Assembly (NCBI GenBank): GCA_963740315.1 | Contig: CAVUDP010000004.1 | Span: forward strand, 416,001-480,000 | DNA from: an uncultured cyanobacterium | GTDB lineage: Bacteria > Cyanobacteriota > Cyanobacteriia > Cyanobacteriales > Nostocaceae | DNA: 64,000 nt | Reading direction: 5' to 3' | Shown here: one piece after another, positions 18,928-29,761 of the stretch | Position numbering within the stretch: the stretch's first letter is position 1 | How the letters are laid out: every line of letters starts with the position of its first letter | Translations under genes and position numbers: made by a program | Notes under the pieces: model-generated | Told to the model about the DNA's origin: nothing | What the model saw: the letters and a program-made list of their open reading frames with translations, nothing else | Database searches by the model: none

Positions 18928-21165
18928 TTAGGCATAAACTTGTTGCGATTTACTCGCTTCATTAGCGATAATTCCTACCAAATTTAAGTTATTTAAAATC
19001 TCGGTAGCTTGAATTAGTTCGCCTTGCTTGATTATACCCATGCGTCCCACCATAATAATACCGTTACATAAGGAAGCTAAAATCCTCGCGTCTACGGTAT
19101 CTAAAATCGAAGAAGCATCTATCAACACTAAATCGTAGTTGCGCGTAAATATATCTAAAAGCTCTTTCATTCGCCGGGAGGTAAGTAATTGTACGGTATC
19201 ATCTGGTATTGGTCCGGCAGTTAAAACATCGATCGCAGGATGAACGGGTTGCACGTAATCGTCTACTTTACTATTTTTTTCTTCTAACAATAGTAAGGAA
19301 AGTCCCCAATCATTAGAAAGTTCTAAAATCGAGTGCAGGCTGGGGCTACGCAGGTTGGCATCAATCACTAAAACTCGTTGATGCATTCTTGCAGCGCTTA
19401 CCGCCAATCCCAATGTTGAGGTTGTTTTCCCTTCACCGCTCTTAGCTGAAGTGATCATCAAAGTTTGGCAGTGTAAGGGATACTTCAATATTTGAATGTT
19501 TTGGTAAGCCATGTCTAGCATTTCGTGGGAAGTTAAGGCAATAGCTTCTGGAAAAGAATATGGGTTTTGCAATACCTTCTGCGTGGATGAGCGCCTTCTC
19601 CCAAATGGCAAACTTAAAATTTTCCTGCTTCGAGGTTGCGGAAGTTTGGGTACTTTACCAAGCAATCGCAGGTTGGTGAATTTGGTTAATTCTTGGGGAT
19701 TATAGATTGTGTCGTTGAATAGTTCAAAAATCAAAGCTAATGCGATACCCAAAATTGTACCTGCGACTCCACCTGCTAACAAAATTAACTTTCTAGAGTT
19801 ACCAATTTTAGTTCCTAATTCTGGTTGTTCGAGTATTTGCCAATCAAATCCCCCTTGAGCAATTTTAAGTGCTAAAGATTGACGCGCTTCCATTAGTTGT
19901 TCGAGGGTTTTGCGGTTGGTTTCTACTTCTGGTAATAAACGGTTATATTGGGCAATTATTGCCGGATAATTATTTAATTCCAAACGCAGTTGTCTTTCGG
20001 ATTCCATCAAACTTTGTTGATTTGCCCGCAAACCCAAGGCTTCTGTCTGCAATTTAACTAAATCTTCGACTAATCTTAAATCGACTCCCGCAAGTTGCCC
20101 TTTTGTTAATAGCGGCTGTGTTGTTGAAGTCCGATTTGCTTTATCTCCCAAACTTCTTCCCGCTTCTTGTCGCAACAAAGCCAATTGACTCTGGCGCTGT
20201 TCTAACAGTTGTTTTACCGTGGGAGAATTATCTGTAAACCGCTGTCTTTCTTCTGCCAAAGCCAGCTCTGTTTTTTGAATCTCATCTAGCAAGGATTGAT
20301 AGCGAGTTGACTGACTTAGACGAGAAGATACTAAAGCATTTTTCGGGGAAGCAGATATTTGTCGCTGCAAATTATTGTAACGAGCTTGCGTATCTTGCAA
20401 CTGAGCGGTGGTAGTATCAAGTTCTTTTTTGATTGTGGCAATAGATTCTAAAAGAGTTGCACTTTGAGCTTGCGGGTCAACTATATTGTATTTTGTGCGA
20501 AACTTCTCTAAATTTGTTTCAGCTTTAATTACCTGTTGTCTAATTAAGGGAAGTCTTTCGTTGACGAAAGCTAACCCTTTGGATAAGCGGTTTTTTTGCT
20601 GTTCCTTATTAAAATCTTGATAAACTATTTGTAACGCTTCGAGAATTTTCTGGGCTTTAACAGGGTTTTTGTCTTTGAAAGATACTTCAAATACTTCGGA
20701 AGGAATTTTATTAACTCCCGTTCCCGACTGTACCTGAATCACTGTTAAAGGTGATTTTTGTCCTTTCTCACCTTTGATATCTTTTACCGTTATCTCTGGG
20801 TACAGCGGACGAAGCAATTTCACCGCTCTTTCAATTAATTTTTTACTCCGCATCAACTGTAATTGAGCCGTATAATCTACGACTTCAACATTGGAATCTG
20901 TAAAGTCATTATTTAAACCATTTTGATTATTAAAAGTCTTTTGCCCTTGATAAAGATTAGAACTAACTAATATTTGCATCGAGCTTTCACGCATCGGTTT
21001 TATGACTACAGATAGAACGGTAGCAACCGACATTACTATACTTGCAACACCCAAAATTAGCCAGCGTCGGCGATATATTATGGTAGATAGCTGTCTAATA
21101 TTAACAGCTTCTTGTGGGGAGGCAATTACCATTTGCCCATTATCCAGACCAGTGTCAACCACCAC
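18928..21165 (-). CDS. wzc: Wzc/GumC polysaccharide co-polymerase with tyrosine-kinase domain
   Basis: N-terminal TM, coiled coil, second TM, Walker A SAKSGEGKT, VIDANLR.P. Confidence 0.9.
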   Translation of the reverse strand: MVVDTGLDNGQMVIASPQEAVNIRQLSTIIYRRRWLILGVASIVMSVATVLSVVIKPMRESSMQILVSSNLYQGQKTFNNQNGLNNDFTDSNVEVVDYTAQLQLMRSKKLIERAVKLLRPLYPEITVKDIKGEKGQKSPLTVIQVQSGTGVNKIPSEVFEVSFKDKNPVKAQKILEALQIVYQDFNKEQQKNRLSKGLAFVNERLPLIRQQVIKAETNLEKFRTKYNIVDPQAQSATLLESIATIKKELDTTTAQLQDTQARYNNLQRQISASPKNALVSSRLSQSTRYQSLLDEIQKTELALAEERQRFTDNSPTVKQLLEQRQSQLALLRQEAGRSLGDKANRTSTTQPLLTKGQLAGVDLRLVEDLVKLQTEALGLRANQQSLMESERQLRLELNNYPAIIAQYNRLLPEVETNRKTLEQLMEARQSLALKIAQGGFDWQILEQPELGTKIGNSRKLILLAGGVAGTILGIALALIFELFNDTIYNPQELTKFTNLRLLGKVPKLPQPRSRKILSLPFGRRRSSTQKVLQNPYSFPEAIALTSHEMLDMAYQNIQILKYPLHCQTLMITSAKSGEGKTTSTLGLAVSAARMHQRVLVIDANLRSPSLHSILELSNDWGLSLLLLEEKNSKVDDYVQPVHPAIDVLTAGPIPDDTVQLLTSRRMKELLDIFTRNYDLVLIDASSILDTVDARILASLCNGIIMVGRMGIIKQGELIQATEILNNLNLVGIIANEASKSQQVYA

Positions 21166-21439
21166 AAAAGTCCTCTCAAATTAATATATTATTTAATGTG
21201 AAATATGAAACGCCGTCCCGATGCTTGACACCCCGATCGCTTCTTAGAAAAAGCAATTTAAATATGTTTTAGATGAATAACTTATCATATAATTGTCCCT
21301 AAAATTCATAATTATCTTTATCAAGATTAAATTCTCGGAATTTCAATGATTTATGTGTATTAAATGTTTCTATGAAATTTGTCTCTAAATGTAATTTTAT
21401 TAACTTTGTACTTAACTAAAATCCGGTATAAGAAAGTAT

Positions 21440-22504
21440 TTAGCTACAAGACGATCTAACATTATTTACAAGTTTGTTTAAGAAATCTAAGTGTCCCCGA
21501 CTATTTTTTGTTAGTTTATCTATTATAGTAAAATTAAATTTATTTTTCGCTTGCAAAATATTTTCGGGATTAGATAAAAACGCAGCCACTTTAAATCGTT
21601 TATCGTCTGGTGCCCAAACCGCGAAATCGGCATCAATACTGCTTAGAAAGGCTTTTGCTTTACCAGAACCCCCCAAGCTGTAAAACGGTACGCCTAGTGC
21701 AAGTGCAGTTAATCCTAAATGCAGTTTGTATGAAATAACTAAGTCAAGTGAAGCAAGAAATTCAAGAGTTGACTTCGGGTCTGCATACAGATGATATTTG
21801 ATATTGTTCGATTGTTGTTTTGGTTGCAACTCGCTATTTATTGATGAGGATGGTAAATAAGTTTTAATAAAATGGAAAACAATATCTCTTCTGATAGATG
21901 CGATAATCCTAAGTTGAAATGCCAGCCATTTACACTGTAAAGTGTTAGGAATATTTATACCAACATGAATCGGATATTTTTGAAGATTTTCACTGGTATT
22001 TCGATCGCTAATTTGCCAAAATTCAGCTACCGATAGCAATACATCGGGATAATAAAAAACCTCTTTACCAAACTTATTAATTAGCTCCCGATCTGATTCC
22101 AATCTGACGCTACAAGATTGACACATATCTCCTTGAAAAAAATTTTGCCTCCAGTATGAAAGCGAAGCATTTTTTCCCAAACCTTCTCCACCGATAGAGA
22201 TTGGATATACGGGACATTTTTTTTGGGTACTGACTTGGTGTAACTGGCGAAAATCATCTTCAAAAGGTGCGGAAAAGTTTTCTACCAGAAATCCGCCGCC
22301 ACCGATAATACAAAATGCTGCATTATTAAGAAGTTCATCTAAAGAATCGGTAGTCAGAAGTTGATAGCGTTTTGCTAACTGTTTATCCAAGCGGTAGACA
22401 ACAGGCTGAACGTTTAAACTTTTGAGATATTCAGCAAATTGAACTGCCATTATATCATCGCCATAGTTACCATAATTATACGAACCCCAAATTGCAACTT
22501 TCAT
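21440..22504 (-). CDS. polysaccharide pyruvyl transferase family protein
   Basis: G.Y..GNYGD, IIGGGG, SVR..SD, PD, S.KLH. Confidence 0.85.
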   Translation of the reverse strand: MKVAIWGSYNYGNYGDDIMAVQFAEYLKSLNVQPVVYRLDKQLAKRYQLLTTDSLDELLNNAAFCIIGGGGFLVENFSAPFEDDFRQLHQVSTQKKCPVYPISIGGEGLGKNASLSYWRQNFFQGDMCQSCSVRLESDRELINKFGKEVFYYPDVLLSVAEFWQISDRNTSENLQKYPIHVGINIPNTLQCKWLAFQLRIIASIRRDIVFHFIKTYLPSSSINSELQPKQQSNNIKYHLYADPKSTLEFLASLDLVISYKLHLGLTALALGVPFYSLGGSGKAKAFLSSIDADFAVWAPDDKRFKVAAFLSNPENILQAKNKFNFTIIDKLTKNSRGHLDFLNKLVNNVRSSCS

Positions 22505-22578
22505 TTTTTTACGTTTGCTAAAATTCAGATAATTTATGGTTAAAAAAAAGCCCAGACTGTTTAAAAGTTTACCAGAGA

Positions 22579-24444
22579 TTAATCTTCATTTATCAAGTTT
22601 TCCTGACTAAACTGATGCTGTGTTTGATGATATTTCCAAAGCTTACCTCTACGGTTTAGCAATTCCTGATAACCTCCTTGTTCGACAATGCGCCCGGATT
22701 CAAGCACTATAACTTTGTCAGCTTTAAAGATAGTAGAAAGTCGGTGAGCAATTGCGATCGCAGTTCTTCCGTAAGCCAATTTTTCTAAAGATTTCTGTAC
22801 TAAACCCTCGCTAACGGAATCGAGAGCGCTGGTTGCTTCATCTAAAATCAAAATGTCTGGATTGCGTAACATTGCTCTGGCGATCGCAATTCTCTGTCTT
22901 TGCCCCCCAGACAAACGTATTCCTCTATCTCCAAGTTTTGTGTCGAAGCCTTCGGGCAATTCTAAAATAAATTCATAGGCATTTGCGCCTTTAGCTGCTT
23001 CTACAATCGCTTCATCGGTTATATTTTCTAAACCGTAGGCAATATTGTCCCGTACCGAGGTATTAAATATAAAAGTATCTTGACTTACTACCGCCATATT
23101 GCTGCGTAAAGAGCCAAGGCTGTATTGGCAGCTATCAACTTTGTCAAACAGTATTTTCCCTGACGTAGGATCGTAAAAACGCACCAGTAAATCCGCTAAA
23201 GTTGTTTTACCAGAACCACTAGCGCCTACCAAGGCTACCATTTGACCGCATTCGATGGTTAAATTAATATCGTGCAATACTAATTTGCCACTGTCGTAAG
23301 CAAAATCAACATTTACAAATTCTATAACTTGCTTTAAACCTGGAAACTGTTTTTCGCCATTGGGTAAATAAATTTTATTATCAGTTCTTAAAAGTTCTTC
23401 AACAGCTCCTAACGCTCCAGAATTCATCGCAATCAAACCCCAGGAGCTATTCATATGAGCAATAATCGGTAGCAAGCGGAATAAAGCAAACAAAAAAGCG
23501 AGTAAAGAAACCACGTGAAGACTTCCACTCGATATCAGCGTTGAAACCGCTACCAAAATCATTGTAACTAAAATTGTGGTAGCCACCGCTTCAATTAACG
23601 GTTGCAAAAGCCCGCTAATAGTACTAGCTTTTAACCAAGCACTAGCAAACTTTTGAGCTACTTTATTAAAACGCTTGCGTTCAAACTCTTGAGTCCAAAA
23701 TGCTTGTACGGTGCGAATACCTGCCACAAATTCCGTAGTTTTTGCTGCTAATTCTCCACCAGTTGATGTCATTTCAAAGCTAGCTTGACGCACTCTGCGA
23801 ATCCAATTTGATGTCGCTGCTGCGAGTAAACTAAAAAGAAGTACTGTTACCAAAGTTAGTTGCCAAGAAATAACAAACATGGCACAGGTATAAGCTAAAA
23901 TCACGCAGCTTTTAGTTACAAAATTAATCAGTTCGTTAAAGGCAAAACTAAGATGACTAACTTCAGCAGAAAAAATATTAATTAATTCTCCCGAACGTTT
24001 TTGAGTGTAGTATGAAAGACTAAAGGTTTCAAACTGCTGAAATATTCGTTTGCGGAGAGTGTCTACCAATCCAATTTCGCATAATTTAGCGCAATAACGC
24101 CCCAAATAGCTAAAAACAGCCCTAACCCATACGGTAAATAATATTAATCCAGATATACGCCAAACACGTTCTTGGGCACCAGTTTTAGTTCCTAAAAACC
24201 AAATATCAATCCATTCAACACCAGTTTCTAACGGCGGTTGACTGGGATTAGTTAAACCTTGTAGCAAAGAGGCTATTAAACCAATTCCAACTGCTTCGAG
24301 TACTGCTGCGACGATTGTAAAAAAAACAGCTATTATCGCAGTACGATAAAACGGTTTAAATGCCCGTACAATTAGATAGTTTTCTTGCCAAAAACTGTTA
24401 GAAATTAATATTTTGCGGATAAAAAAGGGTAGCTTAACTTGCAT
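22579..24444 (-). CDS. ABC exporter (TMD+NBD), HepA-like
   Basis: 6-TM domain, GASGSGKT, LSGGQRQR, ILDEATS; HepA-like N-terminus FWQENYL. Confidence 0.88.
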   Translation of the reverse strand: MQVKLPFFIRKILISNSFWQENYLIVRAFKPFYRTAIIAVFFTIVAAVLEAVGIGLIASLLQGLTNPSQPPLETGVEWIDIWFLGTKTGAQERVWRISGLILFTVWVRAVFSYLGRYCAKLCEIGLVDTLRKRIFQQFETFSLSYYTQKRSGELINIFSAEVSHLSFAFNELINFVTKSCVILAYTCAMFVISWQLTLVTVLLFSLLAAATSNWIRRVRQASFEMTSTGGELAAKTTEFVAGIRTVQAFWTQEFERKRFNKVAQKFASAWLKASTISGLLQPLIEAVATTILVTMILVAVSTLISSGSLHVVSLLAFLFALFRLLPIIAHMNSSWGLIAMNSGALGAVEELLRTDNKIYLPNGEKQFPGLKQVIEFVNVDFAYDSGKLVLHDINLTIECGQMVALVGASGSGKTTLADLLVRFYDPTSGKILFDKVDSCQYSLGSLRSNMAVVSQDTFIFNTSVRDNIAYGLENITDEAIVEAAKGANAYEFILELPEGFDTKLGDRGIRLSGGQRQRIAIARAMLRNPDILILDEATSALDSVSEGLVQKSLEKLAYGRTAIAIAHRLSTIFKADKVIVLESGRIVEQGGYQELLNRRGKLWKYHQTQHQFSQENLINED

Positions 24445-24588
24445 AGATATTTAATTTTAGTTAATTAGTTCTTATGGAACTATAGGAATTCGGTTTGATA
24501 AATTTTGATAAATAAAACTACTAGTTGAAATAGGGAATACAAAATAGACTATGTTTTTTTATTCTACCGAGGAATGCTTATGAAAATT

Positions 24589-25509
24589 CTACGATCGCTG
24601 TAATTTATTAAATGCAGGTAACACAAAAGTACGCCAATAATTTTGTGCTTTTGACTGAGCTTCTAACATCACAATAATTAACTGCCAAGATTTGCAATAA
24701 GGTTTATATTTAGCAAAAAATTTTAAACCAGAAATCATATGTATTAGCGTTAGACGATTCAACTTTGAACGAGTACTCGAACGTTGATACAAGTGTAGTG
24801 CATATACGGAGGGTTGAAACAAAACTCTGTAACCATTTTGCCAAGCATCTACACACAAACTTACATCCTCGAAATACAAGAAAAAGCGTTCATCAAACAA
24901 ACCGTAACGCTCGACATATTTCCCCGATATCATCATGAAAGCGCCAATAGCCCAGTTAATTTCCACAACTTTTTTAGGAGGAGGCATACAGGCATAATAA
25001 TAATCGAAAGGAAATAGTAAATTTTGTAGCTTTTCACCTAATAAATACTTACATAGCAAAAAATTAAATCTAGGAAATCTGCGAATTGAAGGTTGAACCG
25101 ATTTATCAAGGTAAAGTAACTTAGGACAAACAATTGCGATATCGGGTTCAGAATTTAAAGTTGCTTCCAGATCGGAAATTACACTTGGTTTAAATGTTAC
25201 ATCAGGATTCACTAAAACATAAACTTTACTTTGTAAAGTAGCAACAGCCCTATTATTCGCAACACCAAAACCTAAATTGCGCTCTCCTTTTTTACCTATA
25301 AATATTTGTGGATATCTTCGAGAAAAATCATCCAGAATTTGCGGACATTTATCCGAAGACGCATTATCATACACAATAACTTTGCCTCTTCCTGCGTAAT
25401 TTACCTCAACTGCTTGTATACATGATTCAATCGCACCTCTTAAAGTTCTGGCTGAATTATAAGAAACAATTACAAAAGCTATATCACTTTTTGCTGTCAT
25501 AGTAAACAC
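24589..25509 (-). CDS. GT2, WbbL/rhamnosyltransferase-like
   Basis: VIVSYN, DNASSD, NLGFG.ANN, NPD, FDERFFLYFED. Confidence 0.9.
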   Translation of the reverse strand: MFTMTAKSDIAFVIVSYNSARTLRGAIESCIQAVEVNYAGRGKVIVYDNASSDKCPQILDDFSRRYPQIFIGKKGERNLGFGVANNRAVATLQSKVYVLVNPDVTFKPSVISDLEATLNSEPDIAIVCPKLLYLDKSVQPSIRRFPRFNFLLCKYLLGEKLQNLLFPFDYYYACMPPPKKVVEINWAIGAFMMISGKYVERYGLFDERFFLYFEDVSLCVDAWQNGYRVLFQPSVYALHLYQRSSTRSKLNRLTLIHMISGLKFFAKYKPYCKSWQLIIVMLEAQSKAQNYWRTFVLPAFNKLQRS

Positions 25510-26684
25510 ACCCGTATCTGCATCAAGGTGATGCGGTTAATAATCAAACACTTAATAATTTGTGCTTTTTATAACTAAATCAACTTAATAACTCCTATGC
25601 AAAACTATCTAATTACAAATTATAAGTAGAGTAAAAATTTTAACGCATTTTGGAGATTTTTCATTTTTGTTTTTCTGCAAAGTAAAATAGTTTAGGATTA
25701 GATTACAATGCAATTTGTGTATATATAGCATCCACCAAAAGTTGTAGATTTATTGATAAATCTTTTGCAATAGTTATTACTATAACTAGGTTTACAACAT
25801 AGCCAATCGTGCTGTAACAATATCAATGCTTAAGTTATTTAAATTATTTTTATGTCAAAAGTTGATTACAAGACTTGTTTGACACATTTCAAATACTAAT
25901 AAGAATTAATGTCAATTGATGCAATAAGAATTCTTGGCATTATTTATAGGTAAAGTTTTAGTAAATATGGGAAATTTTACTATTGAATAGTAATCTATGA
26001 AAATTTATACCGCTACTTGTAGCGATCTGATAATTAATTCTGTTTAATAACAACTCGAACTGTGATGCTAGCTTGAAGAGGCTTATCAAGCAAAAAGCAA
26101 GTATTTATTTTAAAGGGGCGATCGCTTCAAATTAATAACCTCCAAGTGCTGTATTTGTGCGTGGAAACCCAAGAGCAAGCATAATTGCTTAAATTCTGTA
26201 GAATCGCTTTTTAAAAAAAAATATTTCAAAAAAATGTATTTTATATAACTATTTTGCATCAGTAAATACTTGGCGAACGGCGTAATTAATTCTTAAAAAG
26301 TTTAAAGTTTCTGTAAAGACTACCCAGGTTTCCGGATAGCAAGTTGACTTGGTTAAGTAAATAAACTTATCATTAGACTAAGATTTCATGAAAATGAGAT
26401 AAATTTGTAGTAGAAATACTTAAGTCGTCAAGAGCCGTTTATGAAGTTTTGGTAAATTGCCAGAATTACTAAATCAGTTAGATATTTTTCTAATTAGATA
26501 CATGGGTAAAGTTGATTTTGCATATGAAGTGCAAAGGAGGTTTAATATGTTTTGCTCTCATGGATTAGATTAAGTACAGAACTATAATCCGATTTAGATA
26601 CCGGATAAAGAATCTCTACACCTACGAATCGCGTAATATCACTATTCCCTATTATCTGTTAACAAACGTTACTGATTCTTAGCT

Positions 26685-27434
26685 ATGTTTGAAAAGCAAA
26701 GGACAACATCAGTAAATTTAGCATCATATCCATACTCAGAATCTGCAAATTCTTGGAAAGATCGCGAGATTAATTATTGTAATAATAATTTTGGTTATAA
26801 AATCAAGCTTAAAAACGAAAAACTTTTAGTTAAACAAACTTGCAAACCTTCGCAAATGCATTTGCTTTCTAATAGAAGCGAAGAATTTTTAGCTGACTGG
26901 CTAAGATTTTCTCCTGCAACAATAGTACAGATAGATTCGCGCATTGAATTAGCGAGGCTTGATATGTGGGCTAATCAATGCAGAAGAAGCAAAAAAGCAT
27001 TATTTTTATGTTTGTCTCAAAAAGGGAAATTATATAATCAGTCGAATAACAACTTTAACTCGTTTATAAGGAGATGCTTAGATTTTTTGGGAGCATTTAT
27101 TTTATTAATTATCCTGGCTCCAGTATTTATGGCGTTAGCTTTATTAATTTACGTTCATTTTAAGGAACCGATATTGCAAAAAAAGTGGTGCGTAGGTAAA
27201 CAAGGAAAATTATTTAGTATCTACCAGTTTGGTGGGAATTTAGCAAAAATTAGTTTGGATAGTTTAAATAAATTACCGCAGTTGTTTAATATTATCAAAG
27301 GTGATATGAGTTTTGTCGGCAGGTTTCCTTGGAGTTTAGCCGAAGTTAAAACAATTAGTTTATCCGAGCAACGTTATCTGAATCGATTGCCCGGTATTAC
27401 CGCCAGCATGGGGATTAATGATGAAAGTGATTGA
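26685..27434 (+). CDS. HepC-like sugar transferase (short bacterial sugar transferase domain)
   Basis: RR.LD, single TM, VGKQGKLF, LPQLFNI.KGDMSFVG, LPGIT; HepC-type N-terminal region. Confidence 0.7.
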   Translation: MFEKQRTTSVNLASYPYSESANSWKDREINYCNNNFGYKIKLKNEKLLVKQTCKPSQMHLLSNRSEEFLADWLRFSPATIVQIDSRIELARLDMWANQCRRSKKALFLCLSQKGKLYNQSNNNFNSFIRRCLDFLGAFILLIILAPVFMALALLIYVHFKEPILQKKWCVGKQGKLFSIYQFGGNLAKISLDSLNKLPQLFNIIKGDMSFVGRFPWSLAEVKTISLSEQRYLNRLPGITASMGINDESD

Positions 27435-28194
27435 TGCAGCCGCACTTGCAATTCAAAACTTAGGATCTCATCAAGTTGGAAAATGCAATATATGTGGTAA
27501 ATCGACTATTTTCGTCTGCATTGATGTCAAAACAGTTAGGAATAATATGTACTGTCCTTTTTGTAAAAGTTCATCGCGAAAAAGACACGTAGCAAAATTA
27601 TTAATTGATATTATTCCCAACGTCTCTAATTTAGCTGAGATTCCATCAAATAAGCATTTAGAGAATAAATTCAATATTTACAACGCCGATTTAAATGATG
27701 CGTTTTACAAAGTTTTATATGAATACAAATCCTATTACTGTTCTAGTTATATACCAAACGTTGAACCAGGAACAGAAACTCGATCGAGAGTATTTTGTCA
27801 AGATTTAGAAAAGTTAACTTTTGCCGATGAAAATTTTGATGTAGTAATTACTGAAGATGTATTTGAACATATCAGAAACTATGATTTGGCTTTTGAGCAG
27901 GTATATCGCGTCTTAAAAAAAGGTGGATATCATATTTTTACCGTTCCCTGCTTTTTCGATAAGCCTACCTTAATCCGCGTTGACACCAATGGAGAAGAAG
28001 ATATTCATCTGTTGCCGCCAGAATATCATGGAGACAGAATTCGCGGTAAAATCTTAGCTTATAGAACATTCGGAATCGATATTTTTAAAACTTTAGAAAA
28101 AATTGGCTTTGAAACTACGGTAGATTTTTCTAACTATGTAGATAGACGCTACGGAATATTTGACAGTTATGCTTTTCGTTCTCAAAAAGTTTAA
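27418..28194 (+). CDS. class I SAM-dependent methyltransferase-like protein with N-terminal Zn ribbon
   Basis: CNICG..CPFC, QDLEKLTF.DE.FD, DVFEH, RVLK.GG..IFTVP. Confidence 0.8.
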   Translation: MMKVIDAAALAIQNLGSHQVGKCNICGKSTIFVCIDVKTVRNNMYCPFCKSSSRKRHVAKLLIDIIPNVSNLAEIPSNKHLENKFNIYNADLNDAFYKVLYEYKSYYCSSYIPNVEPGTETRSRVFCQDLEKLTFADENFDVVITEDVFEHIRNYDLAFEQVYRVLKKGGYHIFTVPCFFDKPTLIRVDTNGEEDIHLLPPEYHGDRIRGKILAYRTFGIDIFKTLEKIGFETTVDFSNYVDRRYGIFDSYAFRSQKV

Positions 28195-28212
28195 ATAAGA
28201 GAAGATGATGAG

Positions 28213-28458
28213 AGGGGGGAGATGGGGTTCGGGGGAGTACTTCGACAAGCTCAGTAACCTTTGGGGAGATGGGGAGATGGGGTTCGGGGGAGTACTTCGA
28301 CAAGCTCAGTAACCTTTGGGGAGATGGGGTTCGGGGGAGTACTTCGACAAGCTCAGTAACCTTTGGGGAGATGGGGAGATGGGGGTTGGGGGAGATGGGG
28401 AGATGGGGAGATAATTTCTTAACTCATAACAACTAACAACTAACAACTAACAACTAAT
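28213..28458. repeat. 3 copies of the 25-bp core in GGGGAGAT STRR, then CAACTAA heptamers
   Basis: cores at 28235, 28290, 28337. Confidence 0.9.
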
Positions 28459-28463
28459 TAAGA

Positions 28464-29717
28464 ATGAATCCTTTAATCCTAAGTACTTTTGATATGAGTG
28501 GTGGAGCGGCTCGCGCAGCATTTCGTCTGCATAACGGATTAAAGGATATAAACGTTGATTCGCGAATGCTAGTTGAATACAAAACTAGTGATGATAATAC
28601 TATTATTGGAGCTACAAATAAATTGGAAAAGTGGCTCAATCAAATGCGTCCCACTTTAGATAATTTACCATTGAAATTTTATCAAAAACATGATTATGGA
28701 ACCTTTTCTCCACAATGGTTTCCAGATTTCATTGATTCTAAAATCAAGCATCTGTCTCCAGACATAATTAATATTCACTGGGCTTGCGGTTATCTTAAAA
28801 TTGAAAGCATTGCCAAATTTACCCAACCAAAAATTTGGACTCTACACGATATGTCGGCATTTACGGGAGGTTGCCAATATAGTTTAGAGTGCGATCGCTA
28901 TACTAAATCTTGTGGTGCTTGCATTCAACTTCACTCCCAAAACGAACTTGATTTATCGCGCTGGGTATGGAAACGTAAAGCTAAAGCATGGCAAAATCTC
29001 GATTTAACAATAGTTACTCCCAGCCATTGGTTAGCCAAGGTTGCGCGACAAAGTTCTCTATTCAAAAATTATCCCATCAAAGTAATTCCTAACGGTATTG
29101 ACATCCAAAAATATAAACCAATTGACAAAAAGATTGCTAGAAAATTATTGAATCTTCCCCTTGATAAACAGTTAGTTTTATCCGGTGCTGCTAAAAGTAG
29201 TTCCAAAAGAAAAGGAATTCATTTATTAGAAAAAGCGCTACAAAACTTAAGCAAAGAAGGCTACAAAAATAAGGTAGAATTAGTTTTTTTCGGTTCTTTA
29301 CAAGTGGAAGAACAAAACAACGCCGATTTTAACTGTCATTACATCGGGAATCTTCATGATGATATATCTTTAGCATTAGTTTATGCCGCAGCAGATGTTT
29401 TTGTTGCTGCTTCAATTCAAGATAATTTACCTAATACCGTTATGGAAGCTTTAGCTTGCGGTACTCCATGCGTCGCCTTTAACATTGGAGGAATGCCCGA
29501 TATGATCGAACATCAAGTTAACGGTTACTTAGCTCAAGCTTACGATGTCGAAAGTTTAGCTCAAGGTATTGCTTGGATATTATCAAACGATGACTCACAA
29601 AAAATTTGCGATCGCGCACGTATTAAAATAGAACAAGAATTTAATATTGAATTACAAGCAATTAGGTACTCTGAACTATTTAATGAAGTAATTAATCGGC
29701 ATCTTGCTACTAAATAA
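28464..29717 (+). CDS. GT4 glycosyltransferase (WcaC-like)
   Basis: GGAARAA.RLH, WTLHDM..FTGGC, DNLPNT.MEA.ACGTP. Confidence 0.9.
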   Translation: MNPLILSTFDMSGGAARAAFRLHNGLKDINVDSRMLVEYKTSDDNTIIGATNKLEKWLNQMRPTLDNLPLKFYQKHDYGTFSPQWFPDFIDSKIKHLSPDIINIHWACGYLKIESIAKFTQPKIWTLHDMSAFTGGCQYSLECDRYTKSCGACIQLHSQNELDLSRWVWKRKAKAWQNLDLTIVTPSHWLAKVARQSSLFKNYPIKVIPNGIDIQKYKPIDKKIARKLLNLPLDKQLVLSGAAKSSSKRKGIHLLEKALQNLSKEGYKNKVELVFFGSLQVEEQNNADFNCHYIGNLHDDISLALVYAAADVFVAASIQDNLPNTVMEALACGTPCVAFNIGGMPDMIEHQVNGYLAQAYDVESLAQGIAWILSNDDSQKICDRARIKIEQEFNIELQAIRYSELFNEVINRHLATK

Positions 29718-29761
29718 AATCATTTTTTTCTCTTCACTATACTTAAACGTGGGATGATACG

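Noticed and set aside
26331..26360. TCCGGA in the divergent Hep-like spacer (and ACCGGA at 21.4, 26.6 and 61.86 kb) as DIF1 promoters
   Set aside because: No GTA-type -10 element at 17-18 nt spacing, or both boxes imperfect
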